From NCBI GenBank assembly GCA_051453625.1, contig JBOZIK010000001.1, forward strand, positions 19,185,681 to 19,249,680: a stretch of 64,000 bases of DNA. The letters are read 5' to 3'. The position numbers were made by a program, and so were the translations under genes. The stretch's first letter is position 1. Each line of letters begins with the position of its first letter. The notes below the pieces were generated by a model. The model was not told the DNA's origin and did not search any database. It worked only from the letters and a program-made list of their open reading frames with translations. This document shows positions 1 to 11,299 of the stretch, piece by piece. This DNA comes from Welwitschia mirabilis. Its lineage: Eukaryota.

Positions 1-454
1 CAAATTCCTTAAGGTTTAGGTATGGATCTTGAAATTTTAGACCATGAAAGTGAGATAAAAGCTAAATGGTAAATGGTTTGAATTCTAATGTTTAGTTTAT
101 AAGTGGGTGTATTATGTGTGAAGGGGTCCCTAAGCATTGAGGTTGAAGATAATCATGATGGATTCACTTAATGGTTTTATTTGCTACATTATTTTGGGCT
201 CTGGCTATTTCTTGGCTAGGGTAGAAGGCATTTAATTAGTCGATTATTTCTTGGTTTGATCATGATACATTAAAGGAAAATTGAAAATTAAATTGGACAT
301 TTAGATTTTGTTGTTGGGATGAAGAGGCTTATTCTCTTTGAGTGTTGTTATGGAATTGGTTTTCCTAGGGGATTCTTTATTCTTCTTCAGAAATGGGGTT
401 CATATTAAAGGGATTTCTAATCAACCTACTTGATTCATCTTGCATCCAAGGCAT
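1..454 (-). pseudogene. gag: Decayed gag N-terminus of E0
   Basis: Minus translation starts MPWMQDESSRLIRNP and later gives LEFKPFTI*LLSHFHGLKFQDPYLNLKEF, homologous to the gag of elements A and B in this window. Confidence 0.8.
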
Positions 455-1146
455 GTAAGGCTCAAATGAGTTTTAGACAAGTTACAAAAAGGTTATAAAT
501 ATAGCCCAAATGACACAAGGATTTCCAAGTTTTAATAGGAGTCTTAGGAAAAATTTCATAGGCATTTACTCAAGAGAGCAACACTAATGAGGCAATGCAG
601 TGACATCAATAAAGGTGTGAGTTACAATTGCAGAAAAATATTAGGGGTTTACATGATTCTCGCAAAGTGTTTGATGTTACAGAGTCATAGAAAGATGTAA
701 CAAAAATAAAAATGGTATCACACTCAAAACCAATCCTAATGAAATATTTTTTAGTATTTTAGCATTTTAGAATAGCAAATTCGTAGAATGCATAGAATAG
801 AAAATTAAATTACTAAATTACAAAAATGTAAGAAATAATTGAAATCATACAAGATGAGTTAAATTTTAGTTTTAATTAAATTCTAGACTTGCAACACAAA
901 TCAAGTTAGAAAAGAAAAACTAAAGAAACTCAAAAACTAGACTAGTTTGGGTATCACTAGAAATGATCAGTATGAATCACTAGAAAGAAAAAAAAGGAAA
1001 ATAAATAGTTAAAAGAAAAGAAAATAAACCAATTCAGGTTTCATTAGAGAAGATCAGTACCAACCACTGCAAAAATAAAAAATTAAACTAAAAATCTTAT
1101 AAGAAAGTAAATTTTTTGCTCCTTTTAAGCAGCTACAATGCCATTA

Positions 1147-1164
1147 TCCCCAAAAACGATGTCA
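1147..1164 (-). promoter_or_regulatory. Degenerate primer-binding site (tRNA-Asp type) of E0
   Basis: tccccaaaaacgatgtca matches the reverse complement of the Athila PBS TGGCGCCGTTGCCGGGGA at 12/18 positions; 5 of the 6 differences are C>T/G>A. Confidence 0.65.
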
Positions 1165-1945
1165 AAAATCTTATTTGCTTTAGTACAATGAGTCGTATTT
1201 AAATTGTATTAATACTCAATATCATTCTCTCCATAGTGATAATTTGGATTGTTTTACAAAAAGTACACAACTCTTGCTTTGCAAGTTACAATTAAAGAAA
1301 GGAAAAATATAAAGAGTTGAGAATTTTATTTTAAAACTTCATTGAAAATATAGGAAAGTAAGCAAGATCTAAGATCTAACCCAACTTATCCTCTAGCAAT
1401 TCTTTACTCCAATGATATCCTGCACTTTCCTTAAACATACTTCAAACTATCAACTAATAACAACTTGGGTCATGGTGACATAATTTCATTCACCATATAA
1501 AGGTTAATGAACTTAATAGCTACTTAATCCTTCATAGCCTTAAAATACTAATGGACAGTAAGGAACTAAGGTATTGAAAATCCATTAAATTACAGAAGAG
1601 TTAGACTAAGTGATCATATAATTCACTCAAATGAAAATAGAACTTGATACTAAAGTTGCTACTTGAGAATTAAAAGTATAAAGTGTCTTGCATCTTAAAA
1701 TTAAAAGAAGACTATGTATTAAATCAACAAAGGCACACTACATCAAAGGAAGAAGGAAGTTGGAAAAAACTCCTCGAGCTATCTGTAAAGCAAGCTCACT
1801 TCCCAAAGTAAGTAGTTAGTAGGTCATATTAACTTCATTCTCTAAAGCTTTTATTCTTTCATCAAAATTGAGGATGTTACAAATGAGGGTTTAAGGCCCT
1901 TTTATAGGCAAGCATGGGGTAAGGAGTGGTTACAAGTCTTTCACT

Positions 1946-2284
1946 TGTAACGTTAGGTGAGTAGTTACAAAATATGGCATATAGCATTTTATCATCTTTC
2001 ATTAGGTAGGAATCATCATGACGAGTCCAACACTTGGCTTTTGGACATTATTACTTCTATTAACCAATGATGCTGTCATGTGTTTCCATTGTCATCCTAT
2101 TCAGCATTGCCATGTGTAACTTTAGGTGGGTAATTACAAAATATGGCATATAGCATTTTGTCATCTTTCATTAGGTAGGAATCATCATGACAAGTCCAGC
2201 ACTTGGCTTTTGTACACTACTACTTCTATTAACCAATGATGCTATCATGTGTCTCCACTGTCATCCTATGTAGCATTGCTACAT
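1946..2284. repeat. 169-bp tandem duplication within the E0 LTR
   Basis: The unit tgtaac..ttaggt..ttacaaaatatggcatatagcatttt.. starts at 1946 and again at 2115; differences are mostly transitions. Confidence 0.9.
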
Positions 2285-3099
2285 GTCACTACCTCATGTC
2301 ATTGTCATCTCTTCCATGTGTTGTCAATGATGCTAGTTATTTTTTATGTGAGATCTATCTAAGCCCATAACTATATTCAATTGAATTTTCTATGACAAGT
2401 CAAGAATGTGAGTTTTGAAGTGCTCTGCTTAGAAGGACTGGTAGCATTGGTGATCTAAACGACAGTGTTGACACTTTAGACTAAATGATGTTCATATTTT
2501 TTAATGTTCTTCTAAATGAGATAATTATTCTAAAAATGTCATGGAAAGATGATAAGTTCATGAATATTATAGGAAAAATAGAAAACAGGTTTTTATAATA
2601 ACTCGATTATATTAATATCTTCTATTAAGATAAATGGGTTAAATAACTGGATCAGAATGTTAAATTTTACATGTTAATGTAGGCATTACAACAATCGATA
2701 AGGGTTTAGGTAAGGTTGAAAGTAGCTCATATAGTTCATTTGAAGAGATAACGGTTTGCCATTAAGGTGACAGCTAATAAAATTCAAAGGTATATCTTGC
2801 AAATCATTTTGTAAATTCATCATTTATACTCAATGTTTATGATGCACATGATTGAAATCTTTACAAGTTCTTGGCAAGGATAAAATGCCATTCTTATATT
2901 CAAAATCTTGTCAAACTTTGGTATAATTCAAGAATAATTTCTTACAAGCATGATGAGCGTTGATTCAAAGAAATATCTCATTGTAATTTCTATCTTTGTC
3001 TTCAATACCTAAGTTAAGGTCTTAAAAAATCAGGCTTTCTGTATCCTTTGGCTAGAATCCTAATAAACTGAATATTATAAATTCTTACACTAGAAGGCC

Positions 3100-4735
3100 G
3101 TATAAGAAGGAAAAATCCAAAAGGCTTTTGTATTACCTATTAGAGGAAATATTAACATTTCGTGTATAAATAAATTTGAACAGCCTTGAATATTTTAACA
3201 ATAATTTAACTCTGCAATCCATAAACTTGCAATTCCAATTGTGCATCGTTTTAACGCATCTCATTTGCCTCTCATTTCGGCTTAATTCACGAGTAGTATC
3301 TGATTATGGGAGGCGCAAAACTATGTGCTTTCTGGCGGTCATCTTAGCAGAAAATAGATTCCTCTTTCCTAATGGCTGCACCAGGTCTGAGGACCTCTCG
3401 ATCAGATGCTCTTTTGGGATTTCTCTCTCTGCCCACTCTGCTCTCCTTCTTACCAAGCCTGCTTGCTCCAAGATCTCATGCAGTCTTATGCATCAACCGC
3501 ATGAGATCACAGACAATGAAGAAATTCGAAAAAGGAACCCGTGTTTGTATTAAATGGCTAAGAGAGAGCACCTGAAGCCTCCTGTTCAAGTTTTTTCCTG
3601 TAACTTGTATCCATTCTGGTTTCACAGTTGCTATAATTTCTTGGTGGAGCAACTAAAAACTGGTATACTAGTGTCTCAACGGATAACAAAGTTCAATCAC
3701 AGAAAAGTTAGGGTAAGCATGGCCAGACAGTCGTGGAGATGGAGATAGTAGCGCACACAAGTGGTGGTAATTCCGTCTTGATATTTTTTGTAAGTCTGAA
3801 AACCCTTTTTCTTGAGCTTGACATCTTTTGAATCTTGAAAATTTAGTTGCTATCAAGCTGAGGATGAAGTCCCAGTCGCATGCTTCCTGCAACCCTAGAA
3901 ACATGGTTCTCGTTTTGCCGTTGGATCCATGTTGAAGGAATCTTCAATTCAAGGCGCATCCAATTCCTAATCCCAAACCATTAATCAAGATTTCATTTGC
4001 GTAGTTCCCACTCTGGTACTTCGAGTTCTTAATTTAATCATTTCTTTTGGCATGGTTCTCAATGACGTGATCGCAGTCAACTGGCAGCGATGTCGTTTAG
4101 TAGGAAATGATGATCAATTCAAACATTAAAGATTATAAGGCAATTAATGGGTTTATGATTGCATATTCTGGGCGAATTACTGTAATGTCTTTCAGACATG
4201 GTGAGATTATAATGAGCATACAAAGATGCAGATGAAGGAGATATGGAGTATCGAAGAAAGTTTTTTGTGTCGCTGCCATTCTTGGCAAAAGTTGCAAAAT
4301 TCTCAGAGGATACAAACAGTTGTGCTGAAAGAGGGGATTTCTAATTCAATGCTATTCTACCAACATTTAGAAGATGAGAAAATAGTGGTATTGACCACTT
4401 GGAAAAGCGATTGCAGGCTTTATTAGGTCCTCTAATCTATCTGCTTCCAGATTACATGTGTTAATCTTAGAATCTGGAAGTTGTATTTAAGTCATCATGT
4501 TACACACTACCGGATCATCTTTGGTAGGCCATTTCTCTGCATTTTTTATGCATTTCACTTTGAAAGAGGTCCAGGCCCTGCGCAGCTCTCGAGTCGTTGT
4601 GTAAAAACAAGATCAGTTAAAGAATTGTAAGCAGTGGTGATTCTATTCCTGAGTTTCTATTCCACAACTATAGATTACATAGACAGTTCTGATCTAAACG
4701 ACAGTGGTGATTCTATTCCACAACTATAGATTAGA
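3100..4735. other. CpG-retaining, higher-GC non-TE island with no recognisable coding content
   Basis: Intact CG dinucleotides are frequent (ggcgca, ggcggt, ccgc, gtcgc, tgacgtga) while the flanks are CG-depleted. Confidence 0.55.
4632..4733. repeat. Patchwork local duplication (filler-DNA-like junction)
   Basis: cagtggtgattctattcc occurs at 4632 and 4702; ttctattccacaactatagatta at 4655 and 4711; tgatctaaacgacagtg at 4690 also occurs at 2451. Confidence 0.85.
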
Positions 4736-4739
4736 CATA

Positions 4740-5076
4740 CAATATTTAGTTTTATCATGTTTACAAAATCTCCCAAATCTTGGAAATATAACTTCATCAT
4801 CATGATTTTTCAAATCATAGATCATCTCTAAATCACCTAAGGAAAGAGTGGATGGAGTATGATGAACTTGGAAATGAAGTATCTAAGGATCTTCATCATC
4901 ATATGTTGCATTCTTATAAAACTCTAATACTTATTTGTGGTAGTAATAGGTATTCTTTTCTTTTAATAGGTAGTTCCATCCTCTAATTTCAACTCTAACA
5001 AGGTATAAGGAAGCATAAAGATTAAGAAAAAAACCAAAGTACCTTTATTTATAAAGGCTTCTTGTCTCCCACTCAT
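4740..5076 (-). pseudogene. Truncated env-like (Athila ORF2 / Transposase_32-like) ORF of element A
   Basis: MSGRQEAFINK...VLEFYKNATYDDEDP*ILHFQVHH aligns with the element B ORF MSGRVGLFLKE...ILEFYKNAIINEVDP*IIYSYI. Confidence 0.7.
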
Positions 5077-6171
5077 GATAAACGATAATATCACAAAAAT
5101 GAAGAAAGAATAAAAGACAAAAAAGAAGGAGAACTTGAAGAGTAATGAGTGATGAAGTTAGGAGTAAAAATAATTAGAAAAATAAAGCAAAATAAATAAC
5201 AAATAGTGTTTTAGCCTAAACATAGATTTACTCTTAGATTAGAACAATAGAGTGTGCTATGAGAACATAATGTGTGAAATATGAACTGACTTCAGTGAAA
5301 ACAAATCATAGCATTAGTCAAGACTAATGGCAACATCAGTAAAGCAAGGTAGAAGTGTGCAAGCTTAGAGGACAGGATGAAAATAAGTGTAATAGTTATG
5401 AAACACTAGTGTTGCAAGGTGTGATGGATATCCAAATGTATAAGATTTATAGAAACAAGGTGAAATTACAACCATTGGATTACCTAGCTCTATTAATAGA
5501 ATCGATTGATTTGTCACGAATCTAGGCTTGGGTGGAGAATTCATATCATAAGAAATACAAGTGTGTTTTCTTATAGAGGAAAAAAATGTGATATGGTATG
5601 GCTTAAAATAAAAATTGAAAATGAAAAATGGATGAATGGAATCAAAATGATGAATCCTATCATGCAACTGATGAATAAGAGAGACTAGATGAATGTAAGT
5701 TAATAGCCTAATTTTTATAGTTTCATAGTCTTTGGGTTGATCCTTTGCCAAAATAAAGAAAAGTATCAACAAATAAATTTTTCATAATGAAGAGTAGCCA
5801 AAGAATCTCAAGTTATAATCTGTTAAAATAAGCGCATCAAAAGATTTCTCTAATCCCATCTTAATTTCATTCCATTTCCCTTCTTCTTCCATGAGTAATC
5901 ATTTTAAGCATTCAATCATATTTAGCATTTAGTATTATGGTACTTTCTTCTAATATATTTAACATGTTCTACTTGAATAATTCATTGTTGCATTGCTAAT
6001 AAGCATTTATAGCTTCAATGTAGTTGAATTTACCACAAATGAATTATTAGAGTTGCATTGCTAGTAAGCATCCATAGCCATAATGCAATTAACTAAATCC
6101 AAGAGTAATGATCCATAAAACAATGTTTTATTGAAGAGATTTAAGAGTTTTCTCTTATTTATTTTTTTCAC

Positions 6172-6177
<6 letters not shown>

Positions 6178-6215
<38 letters not shown>
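6178..6215. repeat. (TC)n microsatellite
   Basis: Read directly from the sequence. Confidence 0.95.
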
Positions 6216-6219
<4 letters not shown>

Positions 6220-6499
6220 TATGTGTGTGTAAGCACGTGAAAGAGATCATTGGCTCATTATCGTAATAAAACAATCTCATCCCCATGAATAGCTTAAAAT
6301 GAAATTACATCATCAAAGTAAGAAACAACATTTTTCCCTGAATTTACCAACTTGAAGAACTTAAATAAATGTAAAATTTAATAAACAAATCAAAATTTAT
6401 AAATAACTCACTCATGAAAGAAAAAGAATAAAAATTTCTACCAAGCTTTGAAGTGATAAAAAATCACTTTATTATTGAATTCATGAAAAGAGGGCATTA

Positions 6500-9400
6500 A
6501 CTAGGATTATTGAGTCTCATGAACTCATAGGAAGATCAAAAGGGAGATGGAATGTAGATGCTAAGGGATCATATGAAAGTAGTATAGGTGGATGAAAGGG
6601 CTTAAGGAAAGGATTGAATAAGTGATAATGTTTGGAATTTTCCATGAGATAATCATTCTTCGATAACTCTTGGTTTTTTGTAGATTGATCTAATAATTAC
6701 AAGGCTAACCTACCAAAAAAAAATATAATATTATATCCTTTGATAAAACTAAACTACTCTCATAAAGGAGTTGCTCAATGATATGTAAAGGGAAAAACTT
6801 GAAAGTATCGAGGTTATCAGACTCAATATTATAAGGGTGAGGATCAAGTGATGGCTTAAAAGTGAAAAATTTTTCATGATGGAACTTCACCAATGAGTTT
6901 AAAACCTTGGAAAGATCATTAGGAGTATAAACATTTGGATCCAAACGTGTTAGATTATAAAAAGTCAAACCTTTATCTTGTTCATGCTTTTCTAACAACT
7001 CTTAAAAAACATTCTTCTGAGATGAAGACACAGATGAATGAATAACCATTAAATGAGTTGGAAAATCATTAAAAATAAATTTTAGATCCTAAAGAGGAGG
7101 TTTTAAATTAGAAGAAAGATGGTCTCTAAAGTAAGAATGTAAATAAAACTTGATAAAAGTAGAAATATTGAAACATTTTATTCCCAAAAGGAAGATTCAA
7201 GATCATGAGAATTACTATCAAGCCTATCCATGAAATCAATACCATTAATGTCATTAGGTTATTTCATAGCATTGAAAACATTACATTTAACTATTATATT
7301 TCCAAAATAAATTCTCATAAAACCATTTCTATAATTGATAAGAGCATTTGAGGTTGGAAGAAAAGGTCTACCCAAGATTATAGGAACTAAATGACTTCTA
7401 GATTCCTCCATTTTTAAAACTATAAAATCTACACGGAAATAGTAATTATAAACTTGAACTATAACATATTCTACTACCAAAATGGTAATTTCAAGGAAGC
7501 ATTAGCTAGACACAATTAAATCTTGTACTTTTAAGATCATTTAGGCCAAGTTGTTTGTAATTGTAACAAGGTAAAGGATTGATGCTAGCTCTAAGATCTA
7601 GCAAATCTTACTTAATGCATTTCTCTCTAATAGCAATGGTAATGATAGGACATCTAGGATCTTTCTATTTTAAATGGATTTGGTTTTGAATTGTGGTAGT
7701 AGTTTATTGAGCTAGAAAGGCCTTGCTCTTATTAGTCATTCTTCTCTTAACTATACACAAGTCTTTAAGAAATTCAACATAAGATGGAACTTATTTTATG
7801 GCTTCTAAAAGAGGGATGTTTATCCTTTACTTCTTTGAAAATCTCAAGGATGTCTTGGTGTTTTTTACAAAGGTATCTCTTCTAAGTCATTGTGAAAAGG
7901 ATAATGGATGTCTTGGTGTTTTTTAGAAGAGATACCTTTGTAATGTGGAACTTCCTCTTCAAGTTTTTCTTCTACTTCATTTTCTTTCTTATATGCTTAA
8001 TCAAAACTTCATTCTCATGTGATTGATTTCTTTTTACTTATTTGTTGATCTCTCTCCAATATATAAGGTGTATGGTTTTAGTTTCTCTAATGTGGAAATC
8101 TTTTACTTTATTAACTATTTTAACAACATTAGGGTTAGGCTCATGAGTTAGAGGAATTTTTCCTTTCTCACATTGATTGAGAGATGCAAGAATATGCATA
8201 GTAGTTTGATTGAGTTGTTAGAAAATTTGCTTTACTCTCTATAAAGTGGAAAAAGTTGATTAGTTAAACTGTTATTTCTTACTATTGATTTAAGCTTGAG
8301 ATTTCATAAACTTCCTAAGTATTTCTTCTAAAGAAAGAAATGGTGAAGGTTGACTAGTAGAAGATGAAGGAAAATGACTATATAAAGAAGAATAAGAATT
8401 TAATGATGATGATGAATATGGATTTCTAGATTGACTTGTAGATGCTTGATTGTTGTTATCTTTCCTTTATGAAAAACTTAGGTGATTCCTCCATCCTCAG
8501 TTATATGTATTGGAGTAAGGTTATTTATTATTTGTTTTACCACATTTTCTTACTTCCAAACCATGTCTTAGAACAAGAAATTGAAGGACATTTGGATGTC
8601 TCATGAGTGTCTACATAAAATATTAAACATTTAGTTTTGGAAATCATGGGCTTATGATTGGTGCTAAGTGATCCAATCTTCATGGATAATTCTTCTAATT
8701 TGTTGTTACCATTAAAATTTTTAGAAACCTTAAAGATACTAGTCGATATGACATTGTGATATGATCTAGAAGGTTCACTAGGATTTTACAATTTCTATAA
8801 GCTTTTAGAGATTGTTTCTAAAAATCCTAAAGCTTTGTTTATCTGAATTTTTAAAAATCCTCCTCTATACATCATTTGTACAATTTGTCTATAGTTGGAA
8901 GAGAGTTTTTCATAAAGAAACTAATAATTCTTCCTTGTTCAAATTCATGTTAAGGATATTTAAGTAGAAAAATTCTTAAATCTTTCTAATGTTTAAAAAA
9001 AGATCTTAAGATATTTTTGTTAAAAGTTCATAATCTCTCTTCTAAGGGCATTGGCTTTATGGCTCAGGAAAATTTTCTTGATAAAATTTAGTTTAAATCT
9101 ATCCAAGTTAAGATAGAAAGGAATTTTCCTTTTATTTAAGGGTAAAAGGGAATAATATCAACTTAAGTGCATTAAAAGTATTGGGATTTTGTGGAATATT
9201 GAATAAAACACATTCAAACTCTTTAAGGTTTAGAAAAGAATCTTCAAATTCTAGTCTATAGAAATCTAATAAGAGTTAAACGATGGCTAGGTTGAAATCG
9301 ACTCTACAGGAACATGAGGGTTGAATAATATAATTGAATATACCTAAATATTGTGATTACTAGTAAACTTTAAATGTTTGTCTAGATTATTGATTGTAGG

Positions 9401-9630
9401 AGAAATTTTAAGAAAAACTAAAATGAAACTGGGATTGTGCATGTTGGAATGAAGGATGTGGGTTTTGTGTATAAGCTTAATTGTATATTTTATTATGTTC
9501 TTTCTATGGTCTTTCTTTCAATCTTCTCCTAGAGAAATCTCTACCCCTATTTTTAGTATTAGGATCCATATTTTGATTAGAAGATATTCAATGAAGTCTA
9601 TCATTAAATCTATGTTGCCAATTCAAGCAA
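6500..9630 (-). pseudogene. gag-pro: Decayed gag-aspartic protease of element A, with no RT/RH/INT downstream
   Basis: ORF 7259-7480 gives VDFIVLKME..VPIILGRPFLPTSNALINYRNG (gypsy protease C-terminal part); a DLRASINPL protease core lies near 7580-7600; gag motifs near 9180-9300. Many stops and frameshifts. Confidence 0.85.
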
Positions 9631-9657
9631 GATTTTAGAATTGTAGAGGTCAGCAAG

Positions 9658-10923
9658 TATTTGTGATGAAATTTGGCTATACTTGTATTTGTCTTAGGGA
9701 TATAAATCTTGCATGAGCAAACTTAACTTTTACCAAAAATGCTAGGAATTTTAGTTGTAGTGTAGTCCTAGTATTATTATTACTCAGAGATAGATGACAA
9801 AAGCTATTAGTAAAACAAGCATAAAAGTAGAGAGTAGTAAAGAGTGAACTGATGTTAGAGATTTACAAATGGGATATAGTATTCAAACTAATATAATAAC
9901 TTTATGGAAAATCATATGTACTTAAAATAAAAACATGTAGCTTTAATTCCAACTCATTCACAGTGATATAATCCACTATGACCATGAATATTTCATTAGT
10001 CTAAACTCAAGCACGATGGCATAATCTCATCCATCATAGATAAGAGGGTGATAGAACCAAGCCACCTAGCCTTAATAGCAAGAATAAAATAAACATGAGA
10101 AGTAGGAGTCCCTTAAGATCAATCAAATAAACATTCAGGTTATGCAAGCTAGAATGTAAAGGAACACCATCAAATTAGATCTTAAAGTGAAAGCATGACT
10201 CAGTCAATCTTAGGTATAACAAGTATGACATTCACAATTTGGTATAAAAATAATGTAGCAAGAACATGTAGTACTTTATTATCAAAATCATACAATTTGA
10301 AAATGTACTCATGCTAAACTAAGAAGCATCATGCTAGCTTGATAGCTAGCCCATCCATATGGTAGGCTTAGAAAGAACTCATGATTAAATTTCTAATCTC
10401 TTTGAAATATTATAATGAATGAACTCCCTTCAAATGAAATGAGAAAGGGTATTTATAGACTTGAATTAGGGTTTTCAATTAGGATTTTTAAGGCCTAATG
10501 GGATCATTCTAAGGAATGCCCAAAGTACATAAAATAATTCTTTAGTCATGGAGTCAAATAGAGGGGTTCTTCTTAGAAAATATTCCTTATTCATCTTTTA
10601 TTTTTAGAAATGAGAGAAATGAGTTGCTTGCATTAAAAGCACTCAAAAATATAAGAATGATATTATTTTGCTCTAAAAAGTTGAATCGTCATGCCTAAGA
10701 CCAGTGCCATCACCAACTGTGCTTAGCATAGTTTCATCTTCTGCTATAATACTCCTAATGTCATATTTATCCTACATAATACTAGTGTTTAGGCATATTA
10801 GTAGTAAAATAGGATTTTCATGGTCTTAAGTGAAAGAAATGCATAAACCATAATGATAATTAGTTAAACTTACTAATAATGCTTTAATTCCTTAATATAA
10901 ATCTTAATTATTGAGTGTTATCA
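9658..10923 (-). repeat. 3' LTR of element B
   Basis: Colinear with 24652-25927 (e.g. ctcagagatagatgacaaaagctattagtaaaaca; aataggattttcatggtcttaagtgaaagaaatgcataaa); reversed TATA gtatttatag near 10449. Confidence 0.9.
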
Positions 10924-10955
10924 TATCTCCCAACCAATATTTTGCTAGTCCTTAG
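10924..10955 (-). promoter_or_regulatory. Polypurine tract and Athila-type upstream motif of element B
   Basis: The minus strand reads ...ttactaaggactagcaaaatattggttgggagata immediately before the LTR start TGATAAC. Confidence 0.7.
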
Positions 10956-11299
10956 TAAAAGGATGTGTTGAAAAATTAGATAACATGTTAAAATTTACAA
11001 ATAAATTCAAGAAAATATGACAAGATGAAGGGTGCTTTGGAAAACATTTGGCTAATGTGCTATAAAATTACATTTTAAGTAAAGGATAGAGCATGAAAAA
11101 TAAGAACTTTAATTGCAAATGCCCATTCCTCCCACTAAAGCTAAACTTTATCCTCAAAGTTTTTTAGATGAAAAATTTGAATGTAAACACAATAAGAAAT
11201 AAATGATGCATGTGCTAACATGGTCTAGAAAGATTTAGAAAAGGAAATAACTAGAAGAACAATGTACAATGCATGAATAAAGGAGGAAAGATAAAGTGC

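Larger units (their letters stand above)
1..2397 (-). mobile_element. Element E0: 5' part of an Athila-clade Ty3/gypsy LTR retrotransposon (5' LTR, PBS, leader, gag start); continues off the left edge
   Basis: On the minus strand the order is LTR-like DNA with a reversed TATA (ccttttatagg ~1899), a degenerate tRNA-Asp PBS at 1147-1164, a T-rich leader, then gag. The right boundary (tatgaca, 2397) is tentative. Confidence 0.7.

Noticed and set aside
1170..2397. This LTR as the missing 3' LTR of element A
   Set aside because: It is adjacent to its own PBS and gag, and it is not colinear with A's LTR at 26874-28100.
3472..3508. Hairpin gatctcatgc/gcatgagatc as a miRNA precursor
   Set aside because: Only a 10-bp stem, which is too short, and it matches no miRNA I recognise.
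3176..3904. 125-aa and neighbouring ORFs as a host gene
   Set aside because: The 125-aa ORF has a non-ATG start, none shows a recognisable domain, and they overlap on both strands as expected by chance in higher-GC DNA.
4105..4172. C/D box snoRNA (atgatga) here, and gtggtga...ctga at 4634-4692
   Set aside because: The first has no proper CTGA D box or terminal stem; the second is explained by the filler duplication.
2451..4706. 17-bp direct repeat as the TSD of a LINE or retrocopy
   Set aside because: No poly(A) tail at either end, and the second copy is embedded in a microhomology mosaic.
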